Source of the DNA: Planctomycetota bacterium
GTDB taxonomy: Bacteria; Planctomycetota; SZUA-567; JAFGNG01
Direction of reading: 5' to 3'
DNA length: 33,919 nt
Assembly (NCBI GenBank): GCA_016927125.1
Contig: JAFGNG010000085.1
Location: 1-33,919 of the forward strand
Both the position numbers and the translations under genes were made by a program. The notes beneath the pieces were generated by a model, which did no database searches, was not told where the DNA came from, and worked only from the letters and a program-made list of their open reading frames with translations. This document shows, in pieces, positions 18,769 to 25,750 of the stretch (position 1 is its first letter; every line of letters starts with the position of its first letter).

Positions 18769-19698
18769 ATGGAAACCAAACGAAACAGCTTCTGGACATT
18801 TCTGGTAGCATTTATCCTGATGTCTATCTTCGTGGTCTACCTCTTTGCCTACCAGGTCCCGGCCGGGAAGGTCGGGGTATTGATCCGGCTCGGTGATATC
18901 AAGACCCCGATCGATGAAACCCCGGGATTGAAATTCCGCTTGCCTTGGCCCTTTGATGAAGTGCGGCTCTTGGATATGCGCACCCGGCTCTTTTCAACCA
19001 AGCTGCAGGAATGCCTGACCAAGGATAAACGGAATCTTAATTTCAAGATCACCGCGGGTTGGCGGATTGTCGATCCCAATACCTTTATCAACCGCCTGAA
19101 GACGGTGGAGGAGGCCGAAAAGAGCCTGGTCAGCCGCGTTGACAGCGCGCGCGGGCGGGCAGTCGGCGAGGTCGAGTTACATGATTTGATCAATGAGGAT
19201 TTTAATCTCCAGCAAGAGAAATTCGCCGCTTTTGAAGACAAGATCAAGGAAACCTTGAATCTTGAGCTCAAGCAGGCGGACTGGGGAGTAACCATTGATT
19301 TTCTCACTGTCCAGCAGATCGGATTCCCTCAGCCCACCACCAATGATGTTTTTAAGCGCATGATAGCAGAGCGTTCAGAGGAGAGTAAAAAGATTATTTC
19401 CGAAGGCGAGAGCGAAGGGGAATCGATCGTTTCGAAGGCGGAAGCCGAGAAGCGCAGCCAGCTTGCCCTGGCCGATGCCAAGGCGAGGATTATCCGCGGA
19501 GAAGGTGATGCCGCTGCCGCCAAGCATTATACGATATTCCGACAAAATCCTGAACTCGCCAACTATCTGCGTAGCATCCAGACCCTGCGCAAGGTTATGA
19601 CTGAGCGCACCACCTTGCTTCTGACTACCAAGCAGACACCTTTTGATTTGTTGGAACAAGACGCGGTTCCCGAGGTGAAGATTAACCCCGGTCAATAA
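18769..19698 (+). CDS. hflC: SPFH/Band-7 protein, HflC-like
   Basis: Single N-terminal TM, then QVPAGKVGVLIRLGDIKTP...PGLKFRLPWPFDEV. C-terminal FKRMIAERSEE...ARIIRGEGDAAAAKHY...LANYLRSIQTLRKV parallels E. coli HflC (MRAEREA...IMRGEGDAEAAK...FYAFIRSLRAY). I prefer the ATG at 18769 over the GTG at 18754 because of the upstream AAAGGGA. Confidence 0.85.
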   Translation: METKRNSFWTFLVAFILMSIFVVYLFAYQVPAGKVGVLIRLGDIKTPIDETPGLKFRLPWPFDEVRLLDMRTRLFSTKLQECLTKDKRNLNFKITAGWRIVDPNTFINRLKTVEEAEKSLVSRVDSARGRAVGEVELHDLINEDFNLQQEKFAAFEDKIKETLNLELKQADWGVTIDFLTVQQIGFPQPTTNDVFKRMIAERSEESKKIISEGESEGESIVSKAEAEKRSQLALADAKARIIRGEGDAAAAKHYTIFRQNPELANYLRSIQTLRKVMTERTTLLLTTKQTPFDLLEQDAVPEVKINPGQ

Positions 19699-19761
19699 TA
19701 AATAGTAAACTGGATTCGCCTGTTGTAATTTTGGTGAAAGAAAGCAGATGAGGATTTATCG

Positions 19762-20898
19762 ATGACAGAAAATCATAATCATAATCCTGCTGAGCCCCCC
19801 CTGGAGAAAAACCGCTACCAGGAAGCTCAGGAACAGGCCTCGCAGAGCCTCTCTGACGCCCTGCAAACCAGTTTTTCCGTTCTCAGGATTGGAATGGTGC
19901 TGGTAATTATCTTCTTCTTCTTGCGTGGCTTCTTTGTGGTCAGCCCCGGAACCGTCGTCTTAAAGACCCGGTTTGGCGCTTATATCCGCGAAGAAGGCAA
20001 GGTTAAGGAATATACCGAAGGCGGCTTATATTACGCGATTCCGCTGCTGGAAAAGATGGAAGTTATTGATCTTACCAGCAAAACTATCAAACTGGCCAAA
20101 GAATTTACCGTCCCGGAAGATTTCCAAAAGAGATTCAGAGAATATGAACTTGGTGATCTTCGGCCCGGGATCGATGGCTATACCATCACTGGTGACACCA
20201 ATATCCTGCATACAGTCTGGGAATTGGAATACCGGGTAACCGATCCCTACCGCTACCGGGTGTCCTTCCAGGAGAAAGATACGGGTGAACGGAACCTGCA
20301 GACCGGCCAGCCGGTTTACCGCTCCGGACCGGAACAGCTCCTGCGGGAAGCTTTCCGCAACGCGGTGGTGCGGGTATCAGCGGGCATTGCAATTGATGAT
20401 GCGCTGACCAACCGGAATTACCAGTCCCGCATCCTGAGCTTGACCCAGAAAAACCTCTGGCAGTATGATTGCGGGATTGAACTCGTGGAGGTCCGTAATG
20501 AAAGCGCCAAGCCGCCCCAACCCACCGAAGCCGCCTTCAATGCTGTTACCCAGGCCAAGAGCATCAAGGAAACCATGAAGAGCAACGCCGAGGGTGACGC
20601 CCGGACTATTCTTGAAAAGGCCAAGGGCAGGGCAAACGCGATTATCCATGAGGCAGAATCTTATAAGACCGAGATTGTCGAATCGGCGCGTTCCGACGCC
20701 CAAGTCATATTCGATCTCCTGCAGAAATTCCCGAATGACTCGCAAGGGTTGAATATTTATCTGCAACAATACCACCAGGAGATCCTGGCAGAGATTTTAC
20801 AAAAGACCAAGGTCAGAATAGTCCGGCCGGGCCCGACCTGGTACATGACCGGCCCGCCCCTGGAAGAACTCAGCGGACTCATGGAAGCAACAAAATAA
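19762..20898 (+). CDS. hflK: SPFH/Band-7 protein, HflK-like
   Basis: GAGGA lies 7 nt upstream of the ATG. Polar N-terminal tail, one TM, FFVVSPGTVVLKTRFGAY. HflK-like C-terminus PPQPTEAAFNAVTQAKSIKE...AEGDARTILEKAKGRANAIIHEAESYKTEIV. Confidence 0.8.
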   Translation: MTENHNHNPAEPPLEKNRYQEAQEQASQSLSDALQTSFSVLRIGMVLVIIFFFLRGFFVVSPGTVVLKTRFGAYIREEGKVKEYTEGGLYYAIPLLEKMEVIDLTSKTIKLAKEFTVPEDFQKRFREYELGDLRPGIDGYTITGDTNILHTVWELEYRVTDPYRYRVSFQEKDTGERNLQTGQPVYRSGPEQLLREAFRNAVVRVSAGIAIDDALTNRNYQSRILSLTQKNLWQYDCGIELVEVRNESAKPPQPTEAAFNAVTQAKSIKETMKSNAEGDARTILEKAKGRANAIIHEAESYKTEIVESARSDAQVIFDLLQKFPNDSQGLNIYLQQYHQEILAEILQKTKVRIVRPGPTWYMTGPPLEELSGLMEATK

Positions 20899-20934
20899 CA
20901 CAGGATTATAAAAGCCAGAGGGCTTTAAGTTATA

Positions 20935-22872
20935 ATGAAAGGAAAACGCCAAATGACAAGTTGTACACCCCAAACCGCTGCCTGTGGCTGTCCCTTACAT
21001 GACAGCGCGGAAGATCGCCAGCGATTGACTATTATCCGCCTGATCCTGACCTTCCTGGGCGGGGCATTAATAATCAATAGTTTCATTGCCGAATGGATCT
21101 TTACCGCCGACCCACAACGCGCCTCTTTTTCCGCCATGATTGGCGCCATCCTGCTGGGCGGGCCGCTAATCTGGAAATCTATCAAGGATTTGATGTTGGG
21201 GCATTTCCGTATGACAGAGCTGGCGTCGTTGGCGATCCTGGCCAGCTTTACCAGCGGACTCTATACCGAGGCCGGGCTGGTTGCTTTCTTCCTACAGCTC
21301 GGCCAGCTTATCGAGAGCCGGACAGCCCTCGGGGCCCAGGCCAGTATCGAAGGCTTGATTCGCCTGACCCCGACTACCGCGCACCTGGTTAGCGATGGCG
21401 CCGAGCACGATGTCGAGGTAATCTCCCTTAAAAAGGGCGATATTATCCGGGTACGTCCGGGCGAGAATATTCCGGCTGATGGCATTATCACCTCCGGCGC
21501 TACCAGCATCAATGAAGCCAGCGTCACCGGTGAAAGCCTGCCAGTTGATAAAGGACCTGATGAGATCGTCTTTGCCGGCACGGAAAACTACACCGGCGCT
21601 ATCGACATCAAGGTTACCACCGTTGGGGAAGACACTACCCTCGGTAAGGTCCGGCACCTGATTATGGAAGCGGAGCGCACCCGCCTGCCGGTCATGCAGA
21701 TTATTGATAAGTATGTGCATTGGTACACCCCGGTGATTCTTATGCTGTCGGCGATCATCCTTTTCTTCTCCGGCGAACCGAGCTATGCCATCGCCGCGCT
21801 GGTGGTGTCCTGCCCCTGCGCGCTGGTAATGGCTACGCCGACGGCGATGGTAGCGGGGTTGACCAGCGCCGCCCGGCTCGGAATTTTAATTAAAAACGTT
21901 GCCCACCTTGAAGCGGCCGGGGAGATTACCGCAGTGGTATGCGACAAGACCGGCACGCTTACCACCGGCGAACTTGCGGTCAGCCGCCTCTCTCCATTAG
22001 AAGGCATTGAGCCCGCGCAATTGCTTTATACTGCGGCCAGCGCTGAGCGCCATAGTAATCACCCGGTTGCCCGCGCGCTTCTGCGGGTCGCCCAGGAGGC
22101 CCGGCTCGAGCTGGGAGAGCCGACAGAATTCATTGAAGCCGGCGGCAAGGGTATTACCGCCACGCTTGATGGCAAGAAATACGCGATCGGACGCGAGAGC
22201 TTCCTGAAGGAACAAAAGGTTGATTTCTCCAAGCTGTCAGAACCCGAACTCAAGGAGAGTGAAGGCTTCAGTACAATCTATGTCGCTGAAAATGGCGTCT
22301 GCCTGGGTTGGATTGGGCTCGAAGACCATACCCGCCCGGAAGCCCGCCAGGCTACCGATGAATTACGAGAAGCCGGCATCCGGCATATCACCATGCTTAC
22401 CGGCGACCGCTGGGGGGTGGCGAAGCGCGTTGCTGGTGAGCTGGGCTGTGATGAGGTGGTGGCGGAATGCCTGCCTGCGCAGAAGCTCGAGTTGGTGGAA
22501 GAAATGAAGAAGAACCATCTCTCCGTTGCGGTTGTGGGTGACGGCGTCAACGACGCACCCGCTCTCGCTGCCGGCGATCTCGGCATTGCCATGGGGGCAG
22601 CGGGCAGCGATATCGCAGTCAACTCAGCCTCCATTGCTTTGATGAGCAATGATCTGAGAAGGCTGCCTTTCCTGGTGCGGCTTTCCCGCCTGGTGAGGAA
22701 GGTGGTTTATCAAAACCTGGTATTCGGGATTCTCTTTATTGTAATCGGTATCACCCTCTCTGCGTACGGCAAAATTACCCCGATTATGGCTGCCGTGCTG
22801 CATTGCCTGGGCTCGGTCCCGGTTATTTTTAACTCCGCCCGGATTGTCCGTTATGGTGAAGAACTAAGCTGA
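20935..22872 (+). CDS. Heavy-metal-translocating P1B-type ATPase without a classical HMA domain
   Basis: CPC in TM6 (TGC CCC TGC, 21811-21819). DKTGTLT (from 21943). SNHPVARA (HP motif). GDGVNDAPAL hinge. The alternative start ATG at 20953 has AAAGGA 9 nt upstream and may be the true start. Confidence 0.9.
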   Translation: MKGKRQMTSCTPQTAACGCPLHDSAEDRQRLTIIRLILTFLGGALIINSFIAEWIFTADPQRASFSAMIGAILLGGPLIWKSIKDLMLGHFRMTELASLAILASFTSGLYTEAGLVAFFLQLGQLIESRTALGAQASIEGLIRLTPTTAHLVSDGAEHDVEVISLKKGDIIRVRPGENIPADGIITSGATSINEASVTGESLPVDKGPDEIVFAGTENYTGAIDIKVTTVGEDTTLGKVRHLIMEAERTRLPVMQIIDKYVHWYTPVILMLSAIILFFSGEPSYAIAALVVSCPCALVMATPTAMVAGLTSAARLGILIKNVAHLEAAGEITAVVCDKTGTLTTGELAVSRLSPLEGIEPAQLLYTAASAERHSNHPVARALLRVAQEARLELGEPTEFIEAGGKGITATLDGKKYAIGRESFLKEQKVDFSKLSEPELKESEGFSTIYVAENGVCLGWIGLEDHTRPEARQATDELREAGIRHITMLTGDRWGVAKRVAGELGCDEVVAECLPAQKLELVEEMKKNHLSVAVVGDGVNDAPALAAGDLGIAMGAAGSDIAVNSASIALMSNDLRRLPFLVRLSRLVRKVVYQNLVFGILFIVIGITLSAYGKITPIMAAVLHCLGSVPVIFNSARIVRYGEELS

Positions 22873-22883
22873 AGGGATATACT

Positions 22884-24092
22884 GTGGATGAACCTATAAT
22901 CCAAACCCACGAAGTTGTGAAAGTCTTCAAGGACTTTTGGCATCGCCCCCGGGTAAAAGCGGTTGACAACCTGACCCTGTCGGTATCAAGGGGAGAGGTC
23001 TACGGCCTGTTGGGGCCCAATGGCAGCGGCAAGAGCACAACCATCAAGATGCTTCTGGGCTTGCTGTTTCCAACCAGCGGCCAGATTGCGATCTTCGGCA
23101 AGCCGCCATCAGATGTGGCAGTGAAAAAGAGGATTGGGTTCCTCCCCGAGGAAAGCTACCTCTATCCCTACCTGAATGCGGTTGAGACCTTGGATTTCTA
23201 TGGCCGGCTCTTTAGTCTGCCGGGCGCGGAAAGAAAACGCCGCGTGGAATCGCTCCTGCGCATGACCGGACTGTCCGGCGCGCGGGGACGTCTTCTCAGG
23301 GAATATTCTAAGGGCATGGCGCGGAGGATAGGGATTGCACAGGCCATGATTAATGACCCGGAATTGATTATTCTGGATGAACCCACTACCGGCTTGGATC
23401 CGCTCGGTACGAGGGAGATTAAAGATCTTATCCTGGAACTAAAAGATAAGGGCAAGACGGTCTTGTTATGCAGCCATCTCTTAGCAGATGTTGAAGATGT
23501 CTGCGACCGCGTCGGGATTCTCTACGGCGGGCGTCTGCAAGCCGAAGGCCAGACCACGGAGTTATTACGGCAGGATCGCCAGACTCAAATTACCGCGGAA
23601 CTGGATGATAAAACTCTGCAGGAAGCCTTGGCGTTAATCAGAAAACGCCAAGGCGATGCCATCCCGATCAAGGTAGCACCCCCGATCGAAAGGTTGGAAA
23701 ATTTCTTCCTGAGAGTGGTGGAAGAGGCGAGAACTGCGGAACAACCTACCAGCGGGGTAGAGGAAGCGGTCTCTGGCCTGGACTTCCTAAGTGATGCGGA
23801 CAAAGACAAAGTGGATGTGTTTAACCGTTTAAGCGCGCCAAAACCCCTGCCTGTCAAGGTTATGCCGGTTGCTTCGCCAGCAGGGACGACGAAGAAACCT
23901 TCTGGTACGAAAACCGCGGAACAGAAAATCCTGAGCAACCTTACTGCGCCTCGAAGCATGGAAACCAAACCTGAACCTAAGAAGAAGACAGCCGGTAAAT
24001 CCGAGGCTGGTAAACCCCTGCAGGCCGATAGCAAGGTGTTAAATCGATTGCTGGATCAAGATTCCAGCAAACGGCAAACAGACAAGAAGTAA
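22884..24092 (+). CDS. ABC transporter ATP-binding protein (ABC-2/CcmA-type) with a ~115-aa Lys/Pro-rich C-terminal tail
   Basis: GTG start 6 nt after GAAGGGA. Walker A GPNGSGKST. Signature YSKGMARRIG. Walker B LIILDEPTTGLD. H-loop LCSHLL. The tail begins at about nt 23730. Confidence 0.9.
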   Translation: MDEPIIQTHEVVKVFKDFWHRPRVKAVDNLTLSVSRGEVYGLLGPNGSGKSTTIKMLLGLLFPTSGQIAIFGKPPSDVAVKKRIGFLPEESYLYPYLNAVETLDFYGRLFSLPGAERKRRVESLLRMTGLSGARGRLLREYSKGMARRIGIAQAMINDPELIILDEPTTGLDPLGTREIKDLILELKDKGKTVLLCSHLLADVEDVCDRVGILYGGRLQAEGQTTELLRQDRQTQITAELDDKTLQEALALIRKRQGDAIPIKVAPPIERLENFFLRVVEEARTAEQPTSGVEEAVSGLDFLSDADKDKVDVFNRLSAPKPLPVKVMPVASPAGTTKKPSGTKTAEQKILSNLTAPRSMETKPEPKKKTAGKSEAGKPLQADSKVLNRLLDQDSSKRQTDKK

Positions 24093-24145
24093 TACCGGCA
24101 AATAACGGGCGGTTTGCCCGAGATGGATTTATCTTAAAGGTAGTT

Positions 24146-25723
24146 GTGATTATGGGAATTATCTGGGCACTGGCCCGCAATACTATCATTCAGGCCTTAC
24201 GAATGCGTGCGGCTTTGGTTTTGATTGTTCTCTTCTTTATCGCTGCGCCCGTGCTGCTTTTCAATGTGGGGGAGGATAACGCGGATGATGTCCGCACTCC
24301 GCGCTTACTTCGGATCGAGGCCGATGGCACCCAGGAAGGCGAGGTCAAGCTGCTCTTAACCTACAGCGTGACCATTGCCTCGATTCTGCTCATCGTCTTG
24401 ACTATCCTCTTGTCAGCGAGTGTGCTGGATGTAGAGATCGTCAAGAAATACGCCTTTCTTATCTGCTCCAAACCGGTCCGTCGATGGCAGATCATGGTCG
24501 GCAAGTGGCTCGGGATAGTTTTGCTGAACACTGCGCTGCTGTTTATTATGGGGATATTAATCCTCTGCGAGGTCTGGTACTTTTCCAGAACCGATCCCGC
24601 CTTCCCGGAAGGGCGTGAAAAGCTAATGGCAAAAGTGCTTACCAGCCGCATCAGCATCCGCCCAGACACCCTGGATGTACAGAAAGAATATGAAAAATTA
24701 AGACTGGAATTATTAAAAGAAGGTGTTAAAAATGAAAACATTGATAAGCAATTGCTCCAGCCACAAATAAAGAACTACTTCGAGGAATGCACCACTGAAG
24801 TACCGCCGATGGGCGTACAATCCTTCACCCTCAAGGGTGTACCTATAGCGGAAAACCCTGAAGAAACCTTCTATACTTTCCGGTATAAACTCTATTCCGC
24901 TAAGGCAACAGATTTACCCCTCTATGGCCGCTGGCGGTTTGTAAAAAAAACCGAGAAAAAATATGGCGAAGTCTATAGCCGGAGTAAGGAAAGTGAAATT
25001 GAAGAATTTCCGATCCCGGCTTCGCTGGTCGATGATAATGGAGAGATCTTCGTTGAATTCCAAAATTTGACTATTGGCAACCCTGATGATCCTAATCCCA
25101 AGAATCGCATTCCTCATACCGTTACCTTCAGCTTGACCAAAGGCGTGGAATTATTGGCGTACAAGGAATCCGGACTCGGGAATTTTCTGAAATCGCTCAG
25201 TAGTGCCGGGGTGGTAAGGGATTTGGCCGAAGTTTTGCCTTTTATAATCAATTTCTTCAAAGCCTTGCTCCTGCTCTTAATCCGGCTGATGATGATCGCC
25301 GCGATCGGCGTAGCCGCTACCTCATTAGTACACTTTCCGGTCGCAATTCTGGTTTTATTGCTGGTCGTCTTCCTGGGCTCCACCCGGGATGTTTACGCCA
25401 ATATTTTGGTCCAGACAATCCGGCGTGAAAAAGCTGAGCCCACCCCGGAATTCGAAGCCGGTGAGATAGCCAAGGACACCGCGATATCGTTATATAATGA
25501 AGTTGGCAAACCTGCCTGGAAATTTATTCTAAAAGTGATTACCAAGGTCCCTCCCAGGTTTGAAGATACCAACCCGATTCCAGATTTTACTGTAGGAAGA
25601 GAAATCAGCTGGTCCCGGGTTATGGCTCAGGTCTTCATGGATTTAATCCTGCGAGGAGGGATAGTATTTGGCCTCGGGATTTTCTTGTTCTATCGCCGGG
25701 AAATCGGACGACCTGAGCTTTAA
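24146..25723 (+). CDS. ABC-2-type permease-like membrane protein with a large (~225 aa) extracytoplasmic insertion
   Basis: N-terminal ARNTIIQALR motif and ...SVLDVEIVKKYAFLICSKPVRRWQIMVGKWLG..., typical of ABC-2 permeases. A hydrophilic insert lies between the TM clusters (nt ~24600-25260). The start could be the GTG at 24146 or the ATG at 24152 (AAAGG at 24136-24140). Confidence 0.7.
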   Translation: MIMGIIWALARNTIIQALRMRAALVLIVLFFIAAPVLLFNVGEDNADDVRTPRLLRIEADGTQEGEVKLLLTYSVTIASILLIVLTILLSASVLDVEIVKKYAFLICSKPVRRWQIMVGKWLGIVLLNTALLFIMGILILCEVWYFSRTDPAFPEGREKLMAKVLTSRISIRPDTLDVQKEYEKLRLELLKEGVKNENIDKQLLQPQIKNYFEECTTEVPPMGVQSFTLKGVPIAENPEETFYTFRYKLYSAKATDLPLYGRWRFVKKTEKKYGEVYSRSKESEIEEFPIPASLVDDNGEIFVEFQNLTIGNPDDPNPKNRIPHTVTFSLTKGVELLAYKESGLGNFLKSLSSAGVVRDLAEVLPFIINFFKALLLLLIRLMMIAAIGVAATSLVHFPVAILVLLLVVFLGSTRDVYANILVQTIRREKAEPTPEFEAGEIAKDTAISLYNEVGKPAWKFILKVITKVPPRFEDTNPIPDFTVGREISWSRVMAQVFMDLILRGGIVFGLGIFLFYRREIGRPEL

Positions 25724-25750
25724 ATGCTGCAATGAAAAATTTACTTTGTA

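Noticed and set aside
20911-20926. A small hairpin AAAGCC-AGAG-GGCTTT between the HflK-like and P-type ATPase genes, as a terminator.
   Set aside because: It has only 6 bp with several A-T pairs and no following T-run. It is more likely incidental or a minor mRNA-stability element.
24943-24950. An A8 homopolymer (followed by an A6 at 24956-24961) inside the large permease gene, as a possible phase-variation slippage tract.
   Set aside because: The tract is short for contingency loci. It simply encodes Lys-rich VKKTEKK, the frame is intact, and there is no supporting evidence for variation.
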